Positions 1 to 7,927 of a DNA stretch of 64,000 nt are shown here, in pieces. The translations under genes were made by a program, and so were the position numbers. The stretch covers positions 209,331 through 273,330 of the forward strand of contig CBDCSK010000004.1 in the NCBI GenBank assembly GCA_965221605.1. Direction: 5' to 3'. Every line of letters starts with the position of its first letter. Position 1 is the first letter of the stretch. Origin of the DNA: Candidatus Aldehydirespirator sp. (GTDB lineage: Bacteria > Actinomycetota > Acidimicrobiia > Acidimicrobiales > Aldehydirespiratoraceae). The notes below the pieces were generated by a model. That model saw only the letters and a list, made by a program, of their open reading frames with translations, was not told where the DNA came from and made no database searches.

Positions 1-514
1 GGGTCGCCGCCAGCGGGTGGTAGCCCCAAACCTTGGTGTGGCCGTAGGCCGCGCCCTGCTTGGACTTGCCGTGGACCTCACAGACCGTGGAGTCCAGATC
101 CACCGTCATCTCCGCCGCTGCCGGCGCCGCGCCCGAAGACCACGCCCGGCTGAGCGCCAGCTCCAGGGCGCGGTCGAACTGGCGCACATGGCCCCAGGTG
201 AAGGACCGCAGCCACGTCCCCAACGTCGACGGCGCCGCAGGCTCAAAGCCCAGCACCGCCGAAGCGGACCCGGCCCGCAGCCTGTCGGCGTCGCCGATGA
301 ACGAGCCGCCCACCAGCATCGACGCCACCACCGACAGCGCCTTCGCCCCGGACCCACGGCCCGCCGCGGGCGGGCGCACCGCATCGTCGATGAGCGCCTC
401 CAAACCCAGCCGGCCCATCACCGTGCCCGCCAACAGCAGCCCCGCATCGGCCACCAGCGAAGCGTCGTCGAACACCGCCTCGATCCCGTCGATACCACCC
501 GCTACGCTGCTCAC
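1..514 (-). CDS. IS1380-family DDE transposase, N-terminal part (partial at window edge)
   Basis: Same sequence as 45553-46066, which encodes the N-terminal ~171 aa (MSSVAGGIDGIEAVFDD...) of the 440-aa transposase at 44744..46066. Confidence 0.85.
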   Translation of the reverse strand, partial: MSSVAGGIDGIEAVFDDASLVADAGLLLAGTVMGRLGLEALIDDAVRPPAAGRGSGAKALSVVASMLVGGSFIGDADRLRAGSASAVLGFEPAAPSTLGTWLRSFTWGHVRQFDRALELALSRAWSSGAAPAAAEMTVDLDSTVCEVHGKSKQGAAYGHTKVWGYHPLAAT

Positions 515-634
515 AGGAAGTGCCTCCTCACATGGCCAGAATCACTGTTGACTCAAACAGCATTCTCCCATGTCAGGAGGCCTTTCCGGTGGACGCGCCA
601 ACCCCACAAACCTCACCGCGCCGGTGGATCCAGG
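1..634 (-). mobile_element. IS1380-family insertion sequence, partial copy running off the left window edge
   Basis: Bases 1-634 are colinear with 45553-46186 (offset 45552). Shadow-ORF translations are identical: 60..551 = 45612..46103 and 106..384 = 45658..45936. One visible mismatch (c574 vs a46126). Similarity ends at the same terminal ...CGGTGGATCCAGG as the complete copy. Confidence 0.9.
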
Positions 635-1198
635 TGAAGGCCTTGGATATCGCCAGCGCCTCGCGCATCTCCCCGCACGAAGCCGAACCCTCATTGATGC
701 ACGCCAGCATCTCCTTGGCGGCGGCCTCAGCCCGTCGGGCGGCTTCGATCAGCATGCCGACAGCATCCCACAGGGGTATGACAAATATCAGGATACCTCT
801 ATGAAATTGAAGAAAATATCCCGGAAACGGGTGCCGCCCGTACTAACCGGCTGCGACGTGGTTGGTGGAGGCGAACTCCCGGCTGACGTCTGGGTCAGGG
901 TTGGATGCCTCGGAGGCAGAGCCGGTTGCCGAATGCTGGCGGCGTTTCACTCGATGCGGGATTGGTGGTTTGCATAATTCAACTACACCTATATACAGTA
1001 AATAATACGTTATGCAGCCCGTCCGGTCAGGCCACGGCTGGGGGAGAGGACGCCGATGAGATCGGCAGAGACCTGGCGAGCATGGCGGAGCTGCTGGAAC
1101 TCCTGGCCCCGCTGGCGCGACGGTCACCGTCGGCCACACCGACCTAGAGGTGGTGGCCGCACGGCGGTGTCGGGCGACGACAAACGGAGGTCTCAGCC

Positions 1199-1444
1199 GT
1201 GACCCACCCGCCATCCAGATTCCCGACGCTCAAGGCACAGCATGTGATGAGGCTGCTAAGGAGCATCGGCTACCAGGAAGTACGAAGGCGCGGCTCGCAT
1301 AGGACGCTCAAGGCGGCGGGCCGTCGCACAATCCATTTCGCGTGGCACGACGGGAGAGATGTGCGGCCCCGATACCTGCGCGACATGCTTGTGGAAGATG
1401 CTGGCCTCTCCGACGAGGAGATTGCCTCGTTGTTGGGTTGGTAG
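1199..1444 (+). CDS. hicA: HicA-family type II toxin (mRNA interferase)
   Basis: 81 aa with a GTG start. Contains the HicA-like pattern LLRSIGYQEVRRRGSHRTL...HFAWHDGRDVRPRYLRDMLVEDAGLS (GSH motif, small basic protein). Followed immediately by a small acidic partner ORF. Confidence 0.75.
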   Translation: MTHPPSRFPTLKAQHVMRLLRSIGYQEVRRRGSHRTLKAAGRRTIHFAWHDGRDVRPRYLRDMLVEDAGLSDEEIASLLGW

Positions 1445-1466
1445 GATTGTGGATGGGAGGAGTCTT

Positions 1467-1655
1467 GTGACTGGAGTCCAGATCGTCAGGAACCCGGACG
1501 GCGACCCCAAGTGGACCGCTTCGGGCAAGATCGGCGACTCGTCCTTCTACGGCGCGTCGGACGACCGTGACGAGCTGAAGCGATGGATCGCTGAAGCGGA
1601 GGCCGAGGAGGCTGAAGACGCGGTCGGGCAGGCCTCCGAGGTTTCTGCCACCTAG
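1467..1655 (+). CDS. HicB-like antitoxin (small, acidic C-terminus)
   Basis: GTG at 1467 is in frame with ORF 1359..1655 and preceded by GGGAGGAG (1455-1462). The product VTGVQIVRNPDGDPKWTASGKIGDSSFYGASDDRDELKRWIAEA resembles a HicB/UPF0150 fold. Lies 22 bp downstream of hicA. Confidence 0.55.
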   Translation: MTGVQIVRNPDGDPKWTASGKIGDSSFYGASDDRDELKRWIAEAEAEEAEDAVGQASEVSAT

Positions 1656-1751
1656 CTGCCGCTGCGGCGCGGCCGGGGTTGACCACGCCGACGTTTCGGT
1701 CGGAACTCTGACGCTTCTGGGGGTGCCCTCGGGGCCGCGTGTGGCTGTGTC

Positions 1752-2174
1752 TCAGCGGTGGATCGTGAAGGCTTGGTGCAGGCCGGGGCCGTAGCGGTAC
1801 ACGGAGAAGTCAATGTCGAAGGCCACCGCCTCGGTGATGCCGCAGCGCTCCATGACGGCCCAGCTGGTCCTGTCGACCATCGAGAAGTCCTGGTCGGCGA
1901 AGGTCTCGCCGATGCGCAGGGCGGTCGCGATGTCCTGGGGGGTGGCGGTGAGCACTTCGGCGATGTCGCGGTCGAGGATGGTGGCCACGAGTTCGTCAGC
2001 GGCGGCTCGGTGTCGCCGGCTGCGGGCGACCGCCCAGGTCTCCACGAGCACATGGTCGGTGGTGGCCAGTCGTCGTTGGTGCTCGCCGAGCAGGCGCACG
2101 GCGAGACGATGAGAGGTGTCGTCGGGTGCGGCCAGCGCGTACCAGGCGCTGGTGTCGACGAAGACGCGGCTCAC
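1752..2174 (-). CDS. vapC: PIN-domain toxin VapC
   Basis: 140 aa. Starts MSRVFVDTSAWYAL (PIN motif-1 Asp) and carries ...TTDHVLVETWAV... and ...AFDIDF acidic residues. 4-bp ATGA overlap with the upstream antitoxin gene. Confidence 0.85.
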   Translation of the reverse strand: MSRVFVDTSAWYALAAPDDTSHRLAVRLLGEHQRRLATTDHVLVETWAVARSRRHRAAADELVATILDRDIAEVLTATPQDIATALRIGETFADQDFSMVDRTSWAVMERCGITEAVAFDIDFSVYRYGPGLHQAFTIHR

Positions 2175-2440
2175 TCGGTGCCGGTTCGGGCGCGGAGGCT
2201 CTCGCTGAAGGCCTGCTGGACCATCTCGTGTTTGTGGCGTGCGATGTCGGTGGGTTCGCTGCCGGTGTCGAGCAGGCCGATCAGGGGCGTGATGTCGTTT
2301 CCGGTGGCGCGGGCTGCCGCGTCGTCGGCGCGGATCAGTTCGCGGATGTAGGCGGAGACGCTGAGGCCGCGCTCGCTGGCCCGTCGCTTGGCCGCGGCTC
2401 GCAGGGCGGGATCCAGCAACACGTTGGTCGGCTTGGCCAC
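2171..2440 (-). CDS. vapB: Ribbon-helix-helix antitoxin (VapB-type)
   Basis: 89 aa. N-terminus TNVLLDPALRAAAKRRASERGLSVSAYIRELI is typical of RHH/CopG antitoxins. Translationally coupled to vapC. Confidence 0.75.
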   Translation of the reverse strand: MAKPTNVLLDPALRAAAKRRASERGLSVSAYIRELIRADDAAARATGNDITPLIGLLDTGSEPTDIARHKHEMVQQAFSESLRARTGTE

Positions 2441-2498
2441 CGGACCATGCTAGCTGGTATGCGCAATATGCGCAACACTATCTACGCATCACGCCTCC

Positions 2499-2531
2499 CG
2501 CGTGGCACGACGGGAGAGATGTGCGACCCCG
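2499..2531 (+). repeat. 33-bp hicA-derived fragment (copy of 1339-1371, 1 mismatch)
   Basis: cgcgtggcacgacgggagagatgtgcgAcccc g vs cgcgtggcacgacgggagagatgtgcgGcccc g in hicA. Both encode AWHDGRDVRPR. Flanking sequence is unrelated. Confidence 0.8.
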
Positions 2532-2615
2532 GCGGTGGGTCAGGGGAGCCGTTGGAAGGTGAGGGTGAAGTCACACTGTGCCTCACGGGGTGTTGCGCAG
2601 GCTGTGTGGCCTTCC

Positions 2616-3200
2616 TTAGTCGGGTTGACTTGCGGTCCATGCGAGTGGGGCGTCGCAGATTGAGTTGAACTCTGTCCACGCGTGGCGGGCGCCGGAGACC
2701 TCCGGCAGGAGCGATGCGCGGGTTCCCCAGTTGAGGACATGGCAGTTGTCGTAGGCATCCGTCTGTTCAGGCTTGATCCCCGAGACGCCTTGTGCGTTCC
2801 AGTGGGGGGCGTGTGCGCAGATCAGGAGCTTCTCGGCTGTGTCGATATAGGTTCCCCACAGCTCGTCGTCGATGGCGCCCCGGTCCCGCTGGCACTGGGT
2901 CAGGTGAACCCGCCCCACAACGAACCTCAGCAGAGCCGTGTTGTCTCCCCAGGGCGCGTCAGCGGGGCCCCACGGCTGGCGGTCGGGGTTTGTGAACCTT
3001 GCGCCGAAGGTCTGGTCGTTTGCCTGTCCGATGTAGAGCAGCGAGTCCGTTCCGCTGACTGGATGGGGGCCATAGACCTGGTAGATCCCGAAGTCGGTGT
3101 CGCCGTCCATCTGCAGGACATCCTCAAAGGTGTGCGGACCCTTCCATAGGAGGTGGATGCGAGTCGGTTCGCGGCGTTCCGTCTCGGGGTCTATGGTCAT
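2616..3200 (-). CDS. Hypothetical protein with GIY-YIG-like motif
   Basis: 194-aa ORF. DFGIYQVYGPHPVSGTDSLLYIGQANDQTFGARF resembles a GIY...YIG...R nuclease motif, but the spacer is 15 aa, longer than the usual 10-11. No other recognisable domain. Confidence 0.5.
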   Translation of the reverse strand: MTIDPETERREPTRIHLLWKGPHTFEDVLQMDGDTDFGIYQVYGPHPVSGTDSLLYIGQANDQTFGARFTNPDRQPWGPADAPWGDNTALLRFVVGRVHLTQCQRDRGAIDDELWGTYIDTAEKLLICAHAPHWNAQGVSGIKPEQTDAYDNCHVLNWGTRASLLPEVSGARHAWTEFNSICDAPLAWTASQPD

Positions 3201-3238
3201 CGACTCGGCCTCTTCTGTGAGGGTGGCGTCCCAGATTG

Positions 3239-4649
3239 GGTGTAATAGCGGTTGGGGTGCAGGTTCCGGGGGTCATGTTAGGCGGCGATTGTGACGGTGC
3301 GGTCGGGCTGGTCGCTGACGGTGTGGGCGGGTTGGTGGAGCTGGTGGCGGAGCTCGGTGAGGCACCGGGCGATGGCGGGGGTGTAGGTGAGTCCGCGCCA
3401 GCCCGCTGAGGCCCGGTCGAGCACGGCCCAGACCAGTGTGAGGCAGCTGGCTTCGCCGGGGAGCCGGCCGATGACTTTGACTCTTCGGCGGGTCTCGCCG
3501 AAGGTGCGCTCGATCAGGTTGGTGTGGCGGATCCTGCGCCAGTGCTCGGCGGGGAACCGCAGGTGCGCGGTGAGCGCCTGTCGGTCGCTGAGCAGACAGC
3601 GCACGGCGGCGGGGAACTCGCTGTCGTAGCGGCGGGCGAAGCCGTCGATGCCGGCCTGGGCGTGCCGCACCGCCCCCTGGCCGGGCTCGATGTCGTCGGG
3701 CAGGTCGAACAACTCCCAGAACGCGGCCTTGATCTCGTCGCGGCGCCCGGCGGGGACTTTGGCCACCACGTTGCGGCAGCGGTGGATGAGGCACCTCTGG
3801 CGCAGCGCGGAGGCCATGGTGGTCTCGATGGCGCCGATGAGGCCGGCCGCGCCGTCTGAGATGACCAGCAGCGGCGGCCTGAGGCCCCGGTGTGTGAGGT
3901 CGGCGAGGAAGCCGGCCCAGGCGTCATAGGACTCGTCGCCGCCGGGCTCGACGGCCAACAGCACCGGCCGACCCAGTGTGGTGATGCCGTAGGCGACCAG
4001 CACCGGCTCAGCCCGCGATCCGTCGTGCATCTTGAAGTGCGACCCGTCGAGGAACAGGTAGTCCAGCTCGACGTCGGAGAGGTCGCGGCCGCGGAACGTG
4101 TCGAACTCGTCCCGCAGCCGGGCGCAGACCCGGCTGGCGGTGGACTTCGACAGCGCGGCCTCAGGGCCCAGCGCCTCCGCCAACAGGGCCTCAATGTCGC
4201 GATCTGACAGGCCCCGCACCCACGCCGAGATGACCAGCGCCTCCAGCGGCTCAGAGCGCACCACCCCCTTGCCCAGCAGCTGCGACGCGAACGCCTCGGT
4301 GGTGTTGCGCAGCTTCGGGCGCTTCAGCGCCACGGGCCCCGCGGTGGTCTTGACCGTCAGGTCGCCGTAGCCGTTGCGCTGCCCGGCGCGCTCTCCGCCG
4401 GCGCGGGAGTTCCAGCCCCGCCCCAGCCAGGAGGTGACCTCGTCCTCGAGGACCTGCTGCAACACAAGCCGCGCCGACAGGCGCATCACCTCCTCGAGGA
4501 CCTCCGCGATGTCGCGGCCCGAGCCGAACAGCTCGTCGATCTCGGCGCGGACAGCTTCTGTGGGCGATACTCGTGTTGGCACGGGCGTAGGTCTCCTTCT
4601 TGAGTTGACAGGTTCTCGAAGGAACCTACGCCCCTGCTGCTATTACACC
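3239..4649 (-). mobile_element. IS256-family insertion sequence (complete, ~1411 bp)
   Basis: 29-bp imperfect terminal inverted repeats, 24/29 matches. GGTGTAATAGCGGTTGGGGTGCAGGTTCC (3239-3267) pairs with the reverse complement of 4621-4649 (GGTGTAATAGCAGCAGGGGCGTAGGTTCC). They enclose a single mutator-type transposase gene. Confidence 0.85.
3278..4582 (-). CDS. IS256-family (mutator-type) transposase
   Basis: 434 aa. Contains typical IS256 blocks: ...DYLFLDGSHFKMH..., ...LVISDGAAGLIGAIE..., ...RQRCLIHRCRNVVAKVP..., ...IRHTNLIERTFGETRRRVKVIG.... Confidence 0.9.
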   Translation of the reverse strand: MPTRVSPTEAVRAEIDELFGSGRDIAEVLEEVMRLSARLVLQQVLEDEVTSWLGRGWNSRAGGERAGQRNGYGDLTVKTTAGPVALKRPKLRNTTEAFASQLLGKGVVRSEPLEALVISAWVRGLSDRDIEALLAEALGPEAALSKSTASRVCARLRDEFDTFRGRDLSDVELDYLFLDGSHFKMHDGSRAEPVLVAYGITTLGRPVLLAVEPGGDESYDAWAGFLADLTHRGLRPPLLVISDGAAGLIGAIETTMASALRQRCLIHRCRNVVAKVPAGRRDEIKAAFWELFDLPDDIEPGQGAVRHAQAGIDGFARRYDSEFPAAVRCLLSDRQALTAHLRFPAEHWRRIRHTNLIERTFGETRRRVKVIGRLPGEASCLTLVWAVLDRASAGWRGLTYTPAIARCLTELRHQLHQPAHTVSDQPDRTVTIAA

Positions 4650-4835
4650 GGCGATGAGACGCCACCTCTGTGAGCCTTATCTGGGCTAGACGCTCCAGAA
4701 GGAGAGACTGTACTCATCACCAACAGAGCGACCCGGCCTTGACGGGCTGTTCTCGATGCATCGGTAGGCATGAATGCGACTACGGTCGTCGCTCGGGCAC
4801 GGAACACGTCATCGTCGTGGTTGAAGGAGGGCCTG

Positions 4836-5705
4836 ATGGCCGGTTGCGCATTCGTTGGTCTGGGAGTGATGGGCTACCCGATGGCCGGGCATCTGGTCGC
4901 GGCCGGCCATGAGGTAACCGTCTACAACCGCACCGCTTCGAGGGCTGAGGCCTGGCTGGGAGAGCACGGCGGGACGGCCGCCCCCACCCCGGCCGGCGCG
5001 GCGGCCGGGGCCGAGTTCGTGTTCGTGTGCGTGGGCAATGACGACGACGTGCGCTCGGTGACGATGGGGGAGGGTGGAGCGTTGGAGTCGATGGCGGCTG
5101 GGTCGGTCCTCGTGGATCACACCACCGCGTCAGCCGACCTCGCTCAGGAACTTCACGCGGCCGCGGCCGAACGGGGAGTGGGCTTCGTGGACGCTCCGAT
5201 CTCCGGGGGCCAGGCCGGGGCCGAGAACGGCCTGCTTACCGTGATGTGTGGTGGCGATCAGTCCGACTTCGACCGGGCCGAGCCGGTGATCGACTCCTAC
5301 GCCAAGGCGGTGACGCTGCTGGGCGGGCCCGGAAGCGGCCAACGGACCAAGATGGTGAACCAGATCTGCATCGCCGGGCTGGTCCAGGGGCTAGCCGAGG
5401 GGATCGACTTCGCCCGCCGGTCCGGGCTCGACGTCGAGCAGGTGGTCGACACCATCTCCCAGGGCGCGGCAGGCTCGTGGCAGATGGCCAACCGGGGAGT
5501 GACCATGGCCCGCCGCGAGTTCGACTTCGGCTTCGCCCTCGACTGGATGCGCAAGGATCTCGCCATCTGCTTCGCCGAGGCCGAGCGGGTCGGCGCCACC
5601 CTGCCGGTCACCGCGGTGATCGACCAGTTCTACGCCCGCCTCCAGCGCCAGGGCCGCGGCCGCTGGGACACCAGCTCCCTGATCGAGCTGCTGGTGGACG
5701 ACTGA
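4836..5705 (+). CDS. NAD(P)-dependent oxidoreductase, 3-hydroxyisobutyrate/6-phosphogluconate dehydrogenase-like family
   Basis: Start moved to the ATG at 4836, preceded by GAAGGAGG. N-terminal Rossmann motif FVGLGVMGYPMAGHL. Also DAPISGG and the family-typical MRKDL. Confidence 0.85.
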   Translation: MAGCAFVGLGVMGYPMAGHLVAAGHEVTVYNRTASRAEAWLGEHGGTAAPTPAGAAAGAEFVFVCVGNDDDVRSVTMGEGGALESMAAGSVLVDHTTASADLAQELHAAAAERGVGFVDAPISGGQAGAENGLLTVMCGGDQSDFDRAEPVIDSYAKAVTLLGGPGSGQRTKMVNQICIAGLVQGLAEGIDFARRSGLDVEQVVDTISQGAAGSWQMANRGVTMARREFDFGFALDWMRKDLAICFAEAERVGATLPVTAVIDQFYARLQRQGRGRWDTSSLIELLVDD

Positions 5706-5711
5706 ACGGTC

Positions 5712-7226
5712 ATGGGGCCGGGGCTCCGAGCTGCTGTTGGCCGTAGCGGCCGCGGTGGCTTGGATCCTGTTGCCGCCCGGGTTCGGCGCCTGCCTCGGCT
5801 GGCGGTCTGCACTGTGCTGACCGTTGCGCTGGTGGCTTGTGCTGATGGGAGTGAGGACTCAGGTTCCGACGTCGGCTCTGGTTCGAGCCTGGGCTCGGCT
5901 TCGGGTGATGGTTCCGGTGCTGACGTCGGCTCGGAGCCGGAGTCGTCGCCGACTCTGGACGAAGGACGGGCCGAGGATGGGCAGCGGTTGGAGGACGAGG
6001 GTCTGCCAGGGGATGAGCAGCGGGCAGAGGACGGTGTGCTGGCAGGGGATGAGCATCTGCCAGCGGATGGGCAGCGGGCAGACCAGGGGCAGCCGGAAGA
6101 CGAGCAGCGGATAGAAGGCGAGGCGCAGGCGGAGGACGAGCAGCAGGACAAGGACGAGGGGCAGGACAAGGACGAGGGGCAGGACAAGGACGAGGGGCTG
6201 GCAGAGGACGCGGCGCAGCCGGAGGACGAGCAGCAGGCCAAGGACGCGGCGCAGGACAAGGACGAAGCGCAGGCCAAGGAGGCGCAGGACAAAGACGACG
6301 TGCAGGCGCAGGCTGAGGACGACCAGTGGTCGGAGGGCAAGGACTCGGGCGAGGGCGGCGTGGTGGAGCGGACGGCCTGGATGGTGGAGGAAGCCGGCGG
6401 TGAGGTCGTCTACGTCCACCACCCTGGACGGGGCGACCGCACGGTCTTAGGGCTGCCGGTGGAGTTCGTGGACGGCGAGACGCCGCTGATCGTCTCCCTT
6501 CACGGTTACGCAGGAGACTCCGTCTACCATTCCGCGTACCTGCCGCTTCACGAGCGGATCAACGCTGCCGGGTTCGCTCTACTGCTTCCCAACGCGTTAC
6601 CCGACGGCGCCGGACACCCCGCCTGGAATCCGACTGACCGATGCTGCGACGGCGGCAAGGCCGGCGAGGACGACGTCGCCTACTTGACCCAGCTGGTAGC
6701 GGACGCATCGAGCTCCAGGAACTTCGGTCCGGTGTACTTCTTCGGCTACTCCAACGGCGGGTTCATGTCGTATCACATGGCCTGCAGGGGTCTCGCCGGC
6801 CTTCGCGCCGTGGCGAGCCTGGCCGGGACGAGCTACCTGGAGGACTCGAGCTGCGACGGTGCACCGCCGGTGTCGGTGCTGCACATCCACGGTACGGCCG
6901 ACAACGTGATCCTGTACGGGGGCGAGGAGGCCGAGCCGGATCCCGGGAGCGGCGACGAGCGAGCCTTCTACGCATCGGCCGAGGACATGGTGGCGCGCTG
7001 GAGCCGCCGGGCCGGCTGCGACTGGTCCGAGCAGGCCCAGCCCCATGCCCACCTCGACCTTGATCAATCCGTGCCGGGCTCGGAGACGCGGGTGTTCCGG
7101 CCGGAGTCGGACTGCGCCGAGGGAATCAGCGTCGAGCTCTGGGCAGGCGTGGACAGCAGTCACGGACCGAGCTACGGCGACGCCTTCATGGACGCGCTGC
7201 TCGACTGGCTCCTGTCGCAGACGTAG
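5712..7226 (+). CDS. Secreted lipoprotein esterase, PHB-depolymerase/LpqC-like, with long acidic low-complexity linker
   Basis: Lipobox LTVALVAC. A ~150-aa E/D/Q/K-rich region. C-terminal alpha/beta-hydrolase blocks SLHGYAGD, FFGYSNGG (G-x-S-x-G) and HIHGTADNV. Confidence 0.75.
   Translation: MGPGLRAAVGRSGRGGLDPVAARVRRLPRLAVCTVLTVALVACADGSEDSGSDVGSGSSLGSASGDGSGADVGSEPESSPTLDEGRAEDGQRLEDEGLPGDEQRAEDGVLAGDEHLPADGQRADQGQPEDEQRIEGEAQAEDEQQDKDEGQDKDEGQDKDEGLAEDAAQPEDEQQAKDAAQDKDEAQAKEAQDKDDVQAQAEDDQWSEGKDSGEGGVVERTAWMVEEAGGEVVYVHHPGRGDRTVLGLPVEFVDGETPLIVSLHGYAGDSVYHSAYLPLHERINAAGFALLLPNALPDGAGHPAWNPTDRCCDGGKAGEDDVAYLTQLVADASSSRNFGPVYFFGYSNGGFMSYHMACRGLAGLRAVASLAGTSYLEDSSCDGAPPVSVLHIHGTADNVILYGGEEAEPDPGSGDERAFYASAEDMVARWSRRAGCDWSEQAQPHAHLDLDQSVPGSETRVFRPESDCAEGISVELWAGVDSSHGPSYGDAFMDALLDWLLSQT
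6144..6197 (+). repeat. Perfect 18-bp tandem repeat x3 (caggacaaggacgagggg = QDKDEG) inside the esterase linker
   Basis: Read directly from the sequence: units at 6144-6161, 6162-6179 and 6180-6197. Confidence 0.95.
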
Positions 7227-7260
7227 CGGTGAGAGGGCTGCTGGCTGACGCCAAGCGCAG

Positions 7261-7854
7261 CTAGCCGGCCGCCGCGAAGTTGGCGGAGGCGAACTCCCAG
7301 TTGATGAGGTGCTCGACGAAAGCGTCGACGTAGGCGGGCCGGGCGTTCTGGTAGTCGAGGTAGTAGGCGTGCTCCCACACGTCGATTGTCAGCAGGGCCC
7401 GCTGGCCATGGCGCAGCGGCGTGTCGGCGTCGTCGGTGTTGACGATCTGCAAGCCATCGTCGCCGACCACCAGCCACGTCCAGCCGGAGGCGAAGTTCCC
7501 CACCGCGGCCGCCGCGAACTGGGCGTTGAAGGCGTCCAGCGAGCCGAAGCCTCGCTCCAGCGCGGCCAGCAGCTCGCCGGAGGGCGACTCAACCCGGTCC
7601 GGGCTCATCGAGTCCCAGTAGAAGGCGTGGTTCCAGGCCTGGGCCGCACAGTTGAACAGCGCCGACGGCACGTCGGCGGCCGTCACGATCTCCTCCAGCG
7701 CGGCGTCGGCAAGGGGCGTCCCGGCGATGGCCCGGTTGACGCTGGCCACGTAGCCGGCATGGTGGCGGCCGTAATGGAAGCTCATGGTTCGCTCGGAGAT
7801 GTGGGGTGCCAGCCCGTCGAGCGGGTAGGGCAGGGGGGCATGCTCGATCGTCAT
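7261..7854 (-). CDS. sodB: Fe/Mn-family superoxide dismutase (Fe-type signature)
   Basis: 197 aa with PLPYPLDGLAPHIS, FHYGRHH and DVWEHAYYLDYQN. The AAQAWNHAFYW block is the Fe-SOD-type variant. Confidence 0.9.
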   Translation of the reverse strand: MTIEHAPLPYPLDGLAPHISERTMSFHYGRHHAGYVASVNRAIAGTPLADAALEEIVTAADVPSALFNCAAQAWNHAFYWDSMSPDRVESPSGELLAALERGFGSLDAFNAQFAAAAVGNFASGWTWLVVGDDGLQIVNTDDADTPLRHGQRALLTIDVWEHAYYLDYQNARPAYVDAFVEHLINWEFASANFAAAG

Positions 7855-7927
7855 CGCAGGCGCGCCCTTTCAGAGGCGGGAACCGGGGGTGTCTCGAATA
7901 TACGCCGGGCCGGCAATCAACCGGCGG

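Noticed and set aside
573-755. 60-aa minus-strand ORF whose first 40 codons (MLIEAARRAEAAAKEMLACINEGSASCGEMREALAISKAF) lie outside the IS and whose remainder is IS sequence: a possible stub of a gene truncated by the IS1380 insertion
   Set aside because: The idea is plausible, but the stub is too short and carries no recognisable motif or RBS. It cannot be supported without a homologue search.
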